64,000 nt of DNA from Treponema rectale (GTDB lineage Bacteria > Spirochaetota > Spirochaetia > Treponematales > Treponemataceae). The notes beneath the pieces are model-generated. The model saw only the letters and a program-made list of their open reading frames with translations. It was not told the origin of the DNA and searched no databases. The stretch covers positions 311,223 to 375,222 of the forward strand of contig NZ_JACHFR010000003.1 in assembly GCF_014202035.1 (NCBI RefSeq), written 5' to 3'. Shown piece after piece: positions 54,841-64,000 of this stretch (position 1 is the first letter of the stretch; the number at the start of each line of letters is the position of its first letter). The position numbers and the translations under genes were made by a program.

Positions 54841-54908
54841 GGGGGAGTACAACCCTCAAAACGGCGAAGTCAAGGCTTTAAGCGTTAGCGTGCCTTGACT
54901 CGACGTAT
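54841..54908. repeat. GC-rich miniature repeat (short member)
   Basis: GTCAAGGC...GCCTTGAC hairpin around AGCGTTAGCG. Confidence 0.4.
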
Positions 54909-55019
54909 TGGCTGGTTATAAAAAAGACGTCAAATTAAAAAATAATACTCTTAATAGTTAAAAACTCTGCTTTTTTTTAAGCTGGAGTTTATTATAGTTT
55001 AATGTGAGGAGTATTTTTT

Positions 55020-56663
55020 ATGAAACGGTTTAGTTCTGTATTATTTTTTTCATTATTAGTTATTGTTTCATCATGTCAGTTTTTTGCCCCTTCTGAATCA
55101 AATGAAATAGAAAATCCTGTTCCCGTTCCAGGGCCTAAACCAGGGCCGGATCCTGAACCTGATCCAGGTCCGAATACAAGTGACAAGAGAGGTGTGTGCT
55201 ATAACAGTCTTAATGAAGATGAAGTTAGGGTACTTTCAAATTCAAACGTAAAGTGGGTTTACAACTGGGGAACTCATCCTTCAGCTAAAGAAGATGAACT
55301 TTTTTCCAGATATGGAATACTTTACATTCCGATGCAGTGGGGAAGAACAACAACTCAGTCCCTTGCCGAGTTAAGGACTTATTATTCAAGTCATCCTGAC
55401 TGTAAATATCTGCTTGGCTTTAATGAACCTAATCTCGGAGCAGGAGTAGGTGGCTCCGGAATTACCCCTTCGGCTGCAGCAGCTGACTGGGAAAAACTTG
55501 AGGAGCTTGCTGAAGAGTTTGATCTGGAACTTGTAGGTCCTGCATTGCAGTATTCTGGAGAACGGCTCAGTGATGGTGTTGTATATGATACTCCAAAAAA
55601 ATGGATGGATGCTTTTATAAATGCTTACAAAAATACTCATGGCGGCAGAAGTCCCCGTTATGATTATTTCTGCCTTCACTGTTACATGAACTGGCCTCAG
55701 GCTCAGTCCGGTTACATAAAGGAATATGTAAAAGAATACGGAAAAAAAGTATGGCTTACAGAATTCTGTGCCTGGGAATATAATAACGGAGGACAGAACG
55801 AAAGTGCAGCTGCACAGAAATCTTCCATGATACAGAAAGTGGATTTTCTTGACAGTTATGCCGGTGCCGATAAATATGCATGGTTTATGTCATCCCAGCA
55901 TACATCTGACATTCCGTTTAATTCTCTTTTTACAAAAGTAGGTTCAGACGGAAGCCTTACTATTGTCGGCGAGGAGTATCTGTATCGCGGAATGGATTCT
56001 TCCGTTCTTCTGGCAAAAAACCTTGAGCAGGCTCAGGCTCTTCTTGAAACTTCGGTCGCAGGAAGTGAACCGGGAATGTATCCTTCAGATAAGTATTCTG
56101 AATTGGAAAATGCTGTAAGTCAGGCAGAAGCCGTAAAAGACTCCGGCAATAAAACGGCAGTTGATAATGCTTTAAAGAACTTGACTTCTGCCGTAAAAGC
56201 GTTTGAAGAATCCAGGGTTCCGTATTTTACTAAATCAACCAGAGAACTTACGGCAGAGGATTTTGCAGGCTCGCTTACAAAAAATCTTTCAGCCTCAGCA
56301 TTTACGGTTTCAAGTGCCCAGGGTGCAAATACTGCTGCTGCGGCATTTGACGGCAAGCTTGATACCCGCTGGGAATCTGCTCATGAAGACAATCAGTGGC
56401 TTAAAATTGATTTTGGTGAAAAAGTAGAGTTTAACTGCATCTGCATAAAATGGGAGGCAGCTTTTTCTACCAGTTTTATCATGGAAGTTTCTGACGACGG
56501 CGAAAGCTGGAGAACAGCATTTGAAGAAAAAGACTGTACCGGAAACAGTGAAACTTATAATCTTACGGTCACACAGAATGCCCGCTATCTCCGTTTTTAC
56601 GGAAAAACACGGTCAACAAATTATGGCCATTCCTTCTACGAAATGGGCGTAAGTAAAAAATAA
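55020..56663 (+). CDS. Secreted glycoside hydrolase (PF11790-like catalytic core) with C-terminal F5/8-type C (discoidin) domain
   Basis: KRGVCYNS...LLGFNEPN...VWLTEFC motifs; the C-terminal region reads as an F5/8-type C (discoidin) domain. Confidence 0.75.
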   Translation: MKRFSSVLFFSLLVIVSSCQFFAPSESNEIENPVPVPGPKPGPDPEPDPGPNTSDKRGVCYNSLNEDEVRVLSNSNVKWVYNWGTHPSAKEDELFSRYGILYIPMQWGRTTTQSLAELRTYYSSHPDCKYLLGFNEPNLGAGVGGSGITPSAAAADWEKLEELAEEFDLELVGPALQYSGERLSDGVVYDTPKKWMDAFINAYKNTHGGRSPRYDYFCLHCYMNWPQAQSGYIKEYVKEYGKKVWLTEFCAWEYNNGGQNESAAAQKSSMIQKVDFLDSYAGADKYAWFMSSQHTSDIPFNSLFTKVGSDGSLTIVGEEYLYRGMDSSVLLAKNLEQAQALLETSVAGSEPGMYPSDKYSELENAVSQAEAVKDSGNKTAVDNALKNLTSAVKAFEESRVPYFTKSTRELTAEDFAGSLTKNLSASAFTVSSAQGANTAAAAFDGKLDTRWESAHEDNQWLKIDFGEKVEFNCICIKWEAAFSTSFIMEVSDDGESWRTAFEEKDCTGNSETYNLTVTQNARYLRFYGKTRSTNYGHSFYEMGVSKK

Positions 56664-56692
56664 TCTGCTGCTTTTTATTAAAGATATTAGAC

Positions 56693-56950
56693 GGGGATGC
56701 CCAATAAGTTTACACCCTATTGTCATTCCGAACTTGATTCGGAATCTATAGAACTAGATGTGGTGTAGATGCTGAAACACATATTCGTAGCAGGTGCGTG
56801 CGAATATGGCGTAGCAGGTGCGTGCGAATGTGGCGTAGCGTTCAGTATGAGTCATTGCCGTGCTCGACACGGCAATCTCATGTATTGTAATTAAATTGAT
56901 TTTCGGGTCGTGCCCGAAAATGACATTTTTTGAACTTTTTGGTCATCCCC
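56693..56950. mobile_element. MITE-like element, copy 3 of 3 (inverted relative to copy 2, with internal tandem duplication)
   Basis: TIRs GGGGATGCCCAATAAGTT / AACTTTTTGGTCATCCCC. Internal CGTAGCAGGTGCGTGCGAAT(A/G)TGG x2. Palindromes TCATTGCCGTGCTCGACACGGCAATCTC and TTTTCGGGTCGTGCCCGAAAA. Confidence 0.65.
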
Positions 56951-57087
56951 GTCTTTTTTTTTTATTATTTATAAATAATCTACTTTTTAGAAAATTCATC
57001 TTATTTTTTTATTGAAAATTCAATGTGACAATATTCCTAGTAAAATGTTTTTGCGTTCCTGGCTTTTCATCTTACAAGGGGGAAATT

Positions 57088-60000
57088 ATGAAAAAAAGTA
57101 TTGCTGCATTTATGCGTAATGTATTTTTGCTTCTGTCCGGTGCACTTGCAGCGGGCTCTTGTTTTGTGTCCTGTTCTGAGGAAAACAGCGGTCCGTTAAA
57201 GGTAAGTGTTTCTCAGATTATTCTGACAGACATCGACGGAAACAATGAACAGACAGACGTGGAATACGGAGATTTTCTGCAGCTTCAGGCAACAGTACTT
57301 CCTGAAAATGCGACTGACAAATCTATCGTATGGTCAAGTGATAATGAAGATCTGGTTTCTGTAGACGAAACCGGAAAAGTTACTGTTGCAGATTTTTCTG
57401 AAGATGATGAACTTCCGGAAGAGACAAGTTCCGTAATTACTGCAACTGCTGCAGACGGTTCTGAAGTTTTTGCCGCAATAACCGTAAATGCTGTTGAAAA
57501 AGTAAAACATGTAGAATCCGTAAAAATTACCAGTAAGTACGGAGACTGTATTTTAAAGGATGAGGACTCTGTGCTGACAGTAACGGTTCTTCCTGAAGAT
57601 GCTGACATTAAAGATTTTGATATTGTATCTTCAGACGAAAGCGTTCTTTCTGTAGTTGAAACTGAAACAGATGGAAAAACTGTTTATAGTGTTCTTGGAA
57701 AAGGAAAGGGGAATGCTTCTGTAAAAGTTACTGCAAGGGACCGCTTCAGAAGTGAACATAAAGCTGCTGAGTATCCGTTTACTGTTCTCGGAGAAAAAAT
57801 TGACGTTGAATCCGTAAGCTTAAAGTCAGATGATCTCGTGGTTTCTGAAGAATCAGAAGAGGGGACTGTTAATGTAGTTTTCACAGAATCGGCTGCAGCT
57901 CTTACCCTTGTAAAGGTTCCGTCTGATGCAACTCTTGCCCGGGAAAACGGAACAGTTTATTCAATTGTTTCTGGTGAAGACCTTGCTTCCATCGATGAAG
58001 ACGGTGTTGTAACTTTCGGAGAAAATGCAGGAGAGGTAACGGTAAAAGTTGTTGCTTCTGATCGTTCAGATAATTCTGTAGAAGCTCTTTATACCTTTAC
58101 CGTAAGAAAACCTGTTGAAGAAATAATTCTTTCAGCTCCAGAAAGCGCTTCCTTTGATGAAGATGTTCTTCTCCTTGCAAGAGATGATGATCCGGAAACA
58201 GAAAGTGATGAAAGTAAAATCCTGCTGTCAGCTTTAGTTAATCCGGAAGATGCAACTGTAAAAAATATCATCTGGACTTCTTCTGATGAAGAAACTGCTG
58301 AAGTTGCTTCTGACGGTACTGTAACTGCAAAAAAGGCTGGTGAAGTCGTAATTACTGCAAATGCTACTGACGGAAGTAAAGTAACTGCTGCTCAGAATAT
58401 TAAGATATTTATTCCTGTAACAGCTGTCAGTGTCAGTGCTGATAAAACCGAAAGTGATGTAAATACAGTCATTACTCTTACTTCTGCCGTTGAACCTTTT
58501 GATGCTGATCCAAAAGTATTGTGGGAAGTTGTTTCAGGTCCTGCAGAAATTGACCAGAACGGTAAAGTACAGCTTGGTGATGTATCAGGTGATGTAATCG
58601 TAAAGATTACTTCTGTTTACAATGAAGCAAAGACTGCACAGATAACTCTCCGTGCCATGCCTGATAAAACTGAACTTAAAGCAGAAATCGAAGAAGCAGA
58701 AAAAATCATAAAGAGATCTGTTTACTCGAATGAAGCAAAAACTGTCTTCAGAGCAGCAATTGATACTTCTATTGAAGAAGTTGAAGACAAATATGACAGT
58801 GAGGCCGATGTTGAGAATGCCCGTTCAGCTCTTGCTGCTGCAAAAAAAGAAATCGTAGAAAACGGAATTGAAAAGTGGGATGTTTCCGTTGCAAAAGGTT
58901 TTGAAGGCGGAGACCAGAGTGAAGTAAGAATTTTCTGGAGTGATGACAACTGGGCATTGACTCCTGAAAGTATTGTTGCTGAAGGAACAAACAAGTATAC
59001 AAGTTTTGTAATTACAACAGGTGAGGTTTCCGTAACTGCAGGCAACTGGTGGCCGTCACAGCCTTCTGTAAACGGAAAGACTTTGATTACACAGCCTGCT
59101 TTTGACAGGGATACATCCCTTACAGTCGGCACTCATGTCCTTACATTCACTCTTGCAAAGGGTGAGGATGATTACTTTGTAACCGTTCCATTCACTCTTG
59201 CTGTTGATGAACCGGATGCTGCCGCAGAAACAGGTGAAATTGAAATAGCTCTTATCGATCCGCGCATTAAAGCCCGTGCTCAGGTACAGAAGATTATTGA
59301 TGCAGCTGCAGTTGTTGCAGATAATGCTAAACCGTCTAAGTATGAAGAAGGTGCAATTGATGAGTTTAAGGCTGCCATAAAAACCGCTGAAGATTCTCTT
59401 GCCCTTCTTGCAGGTGATGACGCTACACTGGAAGCAATAAAAACTGTAGGAGAAAATCTTGCTGAAGCTGAAGCAGAATTCAATGCAAAGAAAGTAATAG
59501 GACAGTGGGATGTAGAAATCCTTCGCCGTACCAATGACCAGACTACAGTTACTGTAAAATGGGTTGATGATGCATGGAAGCTTCATGCCAGCCGTGATGG
59601 AGATGTAATCAATACTTCTTTCGTTCATGAAGAAGGAACAAATGCATGTACGGCATTTGTAATTGACGAAACTGTTTCTCATGTATTCTGGCCGGATGCA
59701 GCAGCTGACTTTGTTACCGGAGATAAATATGTTTCTGTAAAACCTGCATTCCGTGAACCAGCGCTCTTTAACGCAAATCATACTCTTACATTCACAGTAC
59801 TTGCAGATGACGGAAATGAATATGACGTTACAGTAACCTTTGCCTTTGCCGGTAAAAGCAATACTGATGAAAGCCAGGCTATCGTAGATGATGTTGTTAT
59901 CAGAAAGGCAGATAAGACAGAAAAACTCAAGGCTAAACTTGCAAAAGAAATTTCTGCTGCTCAGACTCTTTATGAAGACTCAGATGCCGCAGATTTTGCA

Positions 60001-60513
60001 GATGGAGCTTACGGGGAATTTGCAGCAGCAATCGCAGATGCTTCATCTGTTTTGGAAAATGCCACGACAGAAGATGAAGTGAAGACTGCAATGGAAGTGC
60101 TTTCTGCCGCAGTTGCAGCTTTCCGCAGTTCAGAAAAAATTGACAACTGGAAGTTTGAATACCGCCAGCATGATAATGACCAGTATACCCTTATTGTTTC
60201 ATGGGCAAGTGCTGAATGGGCAATTGATCTTAATTCAGTATCAAATGGTAATGCAACCTTTGTTACGGACGGAGATAAAGCAAGTCATACTTACTGGCCT
60301 GCAGATCAGAACAAGGTAGAATCAAACCGGGTAATCTTCAATCCTGCCAATAATCAGGTTGCAGGCGAAAATGCCCTTGGTGAGCATACCCTGACTTTTG
60401 ATCTTAAACCTCTTGGAAGCGACACTATTTATGACGTTACACTCAGGTACAGACTTGATGCTAATAATTCCTATGTTACGATTCTTGAAAAGAGTGTAAC
60501 TGCAAGAGAATAG
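57088..60513 (+). CDS. Large acidic surface protein with multiple Big_2 (bacterial Ig-like) domains
   Basis: Signal/lipobox GALAAGSCFVSC. Repeated Big_2 signatures (ATV.P..AT...I.W.S.D..VA.VD..G.VT). Confidence 0.7.
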   Translation: MKKSIAAFMRNVFLLLSGALAAGSCFVSCSEENSGPLKVSVSQIILTDIDGNNEQTDVEYGDFLQLQATVLPENATDKSIVWSSDNEDLVSVDETGKVTVADFSEDDELPEETSSVITATAADGSEVFAAITVNAVEKVKHVESVKITSKYGDCILKDEDSVLTVTVLPEDADIKDFDIVSSDESVLSVVETETDGKTVYSVLGKGKGNASVKVTARDRFRSEHKAAEYPFTVLGEKIDVESVSLKSDDLVVSEESEEGTVNVVFTESAAALTLVKVPSDATLARENGTVYSIVSGEDLASIDEDGVVTFGENAGEVTVKVVASDRSDNSVEALYTFTVRKPVEEIILSAPESASFDEDVLLLARDDDPETESDESKILLSALVNPEDATVKNIIWTSSDEETAEVASDGTVTAKKAGEVVITANATDGSKVTAAQNIKIFIPVTAVSVSADKTESDVNTVITLTSAVEPFDADPKVLWEVVSGPAEIDQNGKVQLGDVSGDVIVKITSVYNEAKTAQITLRAMPDKTELKAEIEEAEKIIKRSVYSNEAKTVFRAAIDTSIEEVEDKYDSEADVENARSALAAAKKEIVENGIEKWDVSVAKGFEGGDQSEVRIFWSDDNWALTPESIVAEGTNKYTSFVITTGEVSVTAGNWWPSQPSVNGKTLITQPAFDRDTSLTVGTHVLTFTLAKGEDDYFVTVPFTLAVDEPDAAAETGEIEIALIDPRIKARAQVQKIIDAAAVVADNAKPSKYEEGAIDEFKAAIKTAEDSLALLAGDDATLEAIKTVGENLAEAEAEFNAKKVIGQWDVEILRRTNDQTTVTVKWVDDAWKLHASRDGDVINTSFVHEEGTNACTAFVIDETVSHVFWPDAAADFVTGDKYVSVKPAFREPALFNANHTLTFTVLADDGNEYDVTVTFAFAGKSNTDESQAIVDDVVIRKADKTEKLKAKLAKEISAAQTLYEDSDAADFADGAYGEFAAAIADASSVLENATTEDEVKTAMEVLSAAVAAFRSSEKIDNWKFEYRQHDNDQYTLIVSWASAEWAIDLNSVSNGNATFVTDGDKASHTYWPADQNKVESNRVIFNPANNQVAGENALGEHTLTFDLKPLGSDTIYDVTLRYRLDANNSYVTILEKSVTARE

Positions 60514-60546
60514 AAAAATTGATTTAATAATATTTTTTACCATAGT

Positions 60547-60620
60547 GCCTGAATATCCGTAATGCTGATGCCACACCTCCAGTTTCAGTTTTGCGGTAAT
60601 GTTCAGGCATTTTTTTTTTA
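60547..60620 (+). terminator. Rho-independent terminator
   Basis: TGCCTGAA...TTCAGGCA stem + TTTTTTTTTT. Confidence 0.65.
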
Positions 60621-60680
60621 ATCAGAGATTGACAGGTTCATGATAATAATGTTACTATAAATAGAAACATAGGAGAGTAT

Positions 60681-61946
60681 ATGTCTTTTTCTGATAATGG
60701 ATTTTTCGGACAGTTCGGTGGAAAGTATGTTGCTGAAGTACTCAGACGGCCGCTTGATGAACTTGAAATTGCTTTTAAGGAAGCCATGGCAGATCCTTCA
60801 TTTCTTGAGGAACTGCAGCAGATTCAACGTGATTATATAGGAAGGGAAACCCCTCTTTTACATGCAGAGACGGCTTCAAAAATTTTAGGCGGTGCCCAGA
60901 TTTACATAAAGCTGGAGGGACTTGCAAATACCGGAGCACATAAAATTAACAATGCCATAGGTCAGTGTCTTCTTGCAAAACGCATGGGAAAGAAACGCAT
61001 TATTGCAGAGACTGGTGCCGGGCAGCATGGAGTTGCTACAGCCGCAGCCTGTGCTAAACTGGGGCTGGATTGCACGGTCTACATGGGAGAAGTTGATGTC
61101 AGGCGTCAGCAGCCTAATGTTGCGGCAATGGAACTGTACGGAGCAAAAGTTCATTCTGTTACTTCCGGCAGCAGGACATTAAAAGATGCTGTAAACGAAG
61201 CGATGCGTGATTGGGCTGCAAATCCTGATACTACCCATTATGTTCTTGGAAGCGCCCTTGGACCTGCACCGTTTCCGGATATCGTCAGGGAATTCCAGAG
61301 TGTAATCGGAAAAGAAGTTAAGAGGCAGGCGGAAGAACGGCATCTTGATGTAGAAGCACTTATTGCCTGTGTGGGCGGCGGATCCAATTCAATAGGTTTT
61401 TTCTCACCGTTTATAGATGAACCTGGTCCCCGCCTTATAGGTGTAGAAGCCGGAGGAATTGGTCCCGGTATCGGTGAAAATGCAAGCCGCATGACAGGAA
61501 ATGCAAGCCGGGATGGAATTCTTCAGGGATATAAAAGCCGTTTTCTTATTGATGAAGACGGACAGGCACTTTCAACCCGTTCCATAAGTGCAGGTCTTGA
61601 TTATTGCGGTATTGGTCCGCAGCTTGCTGCCCTCGGAAAATCAGGACGGGTTGAATTTACATCTGCTCTGGATAAAGAAGCACTGGAAGCTGTAAAGTTT
61701 TTTGCAAAAAATGAGGGAGTTCTTTTTGCCCTCGAAAGCGCTCATGCAGGAGCAGAAGCTATTAAGCTTGCACCAACCCTTTCTCCTGAAAAAGCAATAA
61801 TTGTAAATATGAGCGGAAGGGGAGATAAGGATGTCTTTATTACCAGTCCCGTATTCAGGCCTGAAAAGTGGCTGGATTTCCTTCATGCAGAAATAGAACG
61901 GCTTGAATCAGATAAAGACATTCATGAAGCAAAAATAATGGAATAG
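60681..61946 (+). CDS. trpB: Tryptophan synthase beta chain
   Basis: FGQFGGKYV, HTGAHKINNA and GGGSNSIG PLP-binding motifs. Confidence 0.9.
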   Translation: MSFSDNGFFGQFGGKYVAEVLRRPLDELEIAFKEAMADPSFLEELQQIQRDYIGRETPLLHAETASKILGGAQIYIKLEGLANTGAHKINNAIGQCLLAKRMGKKRIIAETGAGQHGVATAAACAKLGLDCTVYMGEVDVRRQQPNVAAMELYGAKVHSVTSGSRTLKDAVNEAMRDWAANPDTTHYVLGSALGPAPFPDIVREFQSVIGKEVKRQAEERHLDVEALIACVGGGSNSIGFFSPFIDEPGPRLIGVEAGGIGPGIGENASRMTGNASRDGILQGYKSRFLIDEDGQALSTRSISAGLDYCGIGPQLAALGKSGRVEFTSALDKEALEAVKFFAKNEGVLFALESAHAGAEAIKLAPTLSPEKAIIVNMSGRGDKDVFITSPVFRPEKWLDFLHAEIERLESDKDIHEAKIME

Positions 61947-61955
61947 GGGAATAAA

Positions 61956-62717
61956 ATGGAACAGAAAATAAATCTTATGAGTCATCTTGTTGCAGGTTAT
62001 CCGACTGATGAACTTGCATTTACAGCTGCAAAGGCTCTTGTTGACGGAGGTGCTGCAATTTTAGAGATACAGCTTCCGTTTTCAGATCCAAGTGCTGACG
62101 GTCCTGCAATTCAGGGTGCCTGTAATGAAGTGTTAAAGCGCGGTTACCGTACTAAGGACGGTCTGGCATTTATAAAAAGAATTCATGAAGCTTTTCCTCA
62201 GGTTTCCATATATCTCATGAGTTACGGCAGTCTGGTTTATACTCCAGGAATAAAAAATTTCTGTTCAAGAGCAGCGAGTTCCGGTGTAAACGGCATGATT
62301 ATACCTGATCTTCCTTTTGATTATGATGAAGGGCTTACAGCTGCCTGTAAAGAAAACGGAATGGTGAATATTCCTGTAGCAGCGCCTTCAATGTCCCCTC
62401 AGCGTCTGGAAAAACTTGCGGGGGCCGGTTTTCCTTATGTATATGCAGCCCTGCGTACTGGAATTACAGGAACAGATACCAGAATCAGTGAAGAAACTAT
62501 TTCTTTTATAGAAAAACTGCGGAAGGGTGGAAGCAGAATTTACGGAGGGTTTGGTATTTCCAGCGGAAAACAGTCTGCTGCACTTTCAGGTCATGTAGAA
62601 GCTGTTGTTGCCGGAAGTGTTTTTGTAAGGCTCATAACGGAAAATGCCTCCAGTGAAGAAGCTCTGTATCAGGCTGTAAAGAATAAAGCACTGGAACTTA
62701 CTGGATGCAATAAATAA
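61956..62717 (+). CDS. trpA: Tryptophan synthase alpha chain
   Basis: LVAGYP and LEIQLPFSDPSADGP motifs. Confidence 0.9.
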   Translation: MEQKINLMSHLVAGYPTDELAFTAAKALVDGGAAILEIQLPFSDPSADGPAIQGACNEVLKRGYRTKDGLAFIKRIHEAFPQVSIYLMSYGSLVYTPGIKNFCSRAASSGVNGMIIPDLPFDYDEGLTAACKENGMVNIPVAAPSMSPQRLEKLAGAGFPYVYAALRTGITGTDTRISEETISFIEKLRKGGSRIYGGFGISSGKQSAALSGHVEAVVAGSVFVRLITENASSEEALYQAVKNKALELTGCNK

Positions 62718-62734
62718 AAACAAAAGAAGGGTAT

Positions 62735-62781
62735 AAAAAAAACTGCCTTACGGAATGTTCTTCTGTAAGGCAGTTTTTTTG
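62735..62781. terminator. Bidirectional rho-independent terminator between convergent trpA and rny
   Basis: CTGCCTTACGG...CTGTAAGGCAG stem flanked by AAAAAAAA and TTTTTTT. Confidence 0.7.
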
Positions 62782-62782
62782 T

Positions 62783-64000
62783 TTAGCGTGCGTATTCAAT
62801 AATACGGGTTTCACGAATCATCGTAATTCTTATTCTTCCAGGATAGCGCAGGTCTGTTTCAATCTGTTTTGCAATCTGTTTTGCAAGATCTTTAACCTGA
62901 TTATCAGGAATTTTTTCATTATTGACGAGAATGCGGAGTTCACGTCCGGCCTGAATGGCATAAGCCTGTTCAACACCTTCAAATTTCTTTGCCGTTTCTT
63001 CCAGATTCTCAAGTCTCTTTACGTAATTATCAACGGTTTCACGTCGTGCACCCGGGCGAGCCGCACTGATAGCATCTGCAATCTGAACGATTACGGCTTC
63101 TATCGTCTGTGCTTCAACGTCATTGTGGTGTGCTGCGATTGCATTAACAACCTTAGGATCTTCACCCATTTTGCGGGCCATTTCTGCACCGACTTCGGCA
63201 TGGTTCTGGTCACTGTCGTTTTCAGCTCCCTTACCGATATCGTGAAGAAGTGCTGCCCTTTTTGCAAGTTCCCTGTTTGCACCTACTTCAGCAGCAAGGA
63301 GGCTGGCCAGTTCTGCAACTTCCTTTGAATGGGTAAGTACGTTCTGTCCATAACTTGTCCTGAAGTAAAGGCGTCCGATAGCTTTCAGACCGTCCTGGTT
63401 CATGTTGTGGATGCCAAGGTCAAAGAGGGCTTTTTCACCTTCTTCGTAAATCTTCTGCTGTATCTCTCTTGTTACCTTCTGTACGATTTCTTCGATGCGT
63501 GCAGGGTGGATGCGTCCGTCGGTAATGAGGCGTTCCAGTGCAACTCTGGCGATTTCCTTGCGTACAGGATCAAAACAGCTGATTACGACAGCTTCCGGAG
63601 TATCGTCAATTATGATGTCTACGCCTGTAAGTGTTTCAAGAGTCCTGATGTTGCGTCCTTCACGTCCGATAATGCGGCCTTTCATTTCGTCGCTTGGAAG
63701 TGAAACTGTAGTAACTGTAAGGTCTCCCGTAGTTTCAGTGGCAATACGCTGAATGGCTGTTATAAGGATCTCCTGAGCCTTTTTTTCTGCCGTAAGCTGG
63801 GCTTCCTGATCAATTTTGTTAAGAAGTGCCTGTGCATCATGGCGGGCATCATTTTCAAGGTTCTTGATGATGAGAGCCTTTGCTTCTTCTGCGGTAAGTC
63901 CTGAAATGCGTTCAAGTTCCGAGCGGAGTTTTTCTTCCTCTGCCTTCATTACTGCTTCACGCTTGTCCATTTCTGCAGCGCGCTGGGCAGCCTCACGGTC
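62783..64000 (-). CDS. rny: Ribonuclease Y (KH + HD domains), 5'-truncated by the window edge
   Basis: KH domain (GRIIGREGRNIR) and HD domain (LLHDIGK). The protein continues beyond position 64000. Confidence 0.85.
   Translation of the reverse strand, partial: DREAAQRAAEMDKREAVMKAEEEKLRSELERISGLTAEEAKALIIKNLENDARHDAQALLNKIDQEAQLTAEKKAQEILITAIQRIATETTGDLTVTTVSLPSDEMKGRIIGREGRNIRTLETLTGVDIIIDDTPEAVVISCFDPVRKEIARVALERLITDGRIHPARIEEIVQKVTREIQQKIYEEGEKALFDLGIHNMNQDGLKAIGRLYFRTSYGQNVLTHSKEVAELASLLAAEVGANRELAKRAALLHDIGKGAENDSDQNHAEVGAEMARKMGEDPKVVNAIAAHHNDVEAQTIEAVIVQIADAISAARPGARRETVDNYVKRLENLEETAKKFEGVEQAYAIQAGRELRILVNNEKIPDNQVKDLAKQIAKQIETDLRYPGRIRITMIRETRIIEYAR

Noticed and set aside
59056-59781. 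Minus-strand 241-aa Cys-rich ORF inside the Big_2 gene
   Set aside because: It is antisense to a 1142-aa ORF with clear Big_2 domain periodicity. Its Cys/Phe-rich composition is typical of the antisense strand of Asp/Glu/Ala-rich coding DNA.

Overview
This is a 64-kb, low-GC chromosomal segment. All calls are based on reading the ORF translations and the DNA by eye; no database search was possible. The gene content fits an anaerobic, host-associated bacterium. DUF285-type and Listeria-Bacteroides-repeat lipoproteins, a Big_2 surface protein and a lipoprotein-rich glycan-utilisation cluster make a Treponema-like spirochete plausible but not proven. Left ~24 kb is an accessory-type mosaic. It holds three paralogous LuxR/HisKA_3 two-component modules, each with its own paralogous ~200-aa polytopic membrane protein. 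It also holds a YdjG/YdjI-like Zn-ribbon + SPFH envelope-stress operon, a DUF234 ATPase, a DinJ-YoeB toxin-antitoxin pair and a truncated zeta-toxin-like gene. A ybaK gene there has its 3' end duplicated 5.8 kb away, bracketing an island-like segment. GC-rich miniature repeats and a MITE-like family with terminal inverted repeats are scattered through it. The middle part carries a SIR2-like/macro-domain gene pair and an OmpR/EnvZ-type TCS. It also carries a secreted Flavodoxin_4-like gene whose 3' end is recombined at a 54-bp duplication. Two paralogous repeat-rich surface lipoproteins and an unusual Na/Pi-cotransporter-PhoU-wHTH fusion protein are there too. The right part carries trpGD-trpCF and trpB-trpA, separated by a ~16.6-kb glycan-utilisation block. 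That block contains two PF11790-like glycoside hydrolases, CBM-like lipoproteins, an ABC substrate-binding protein next to a YesM/YesN-type TCS, a large GH-fusion protein and a Big_2 protein. The trp genes are preceded by a 4.x-copy 117-bp tandem array. The window ends in rny (RNase Y). Several rho-independent terminators are visible.
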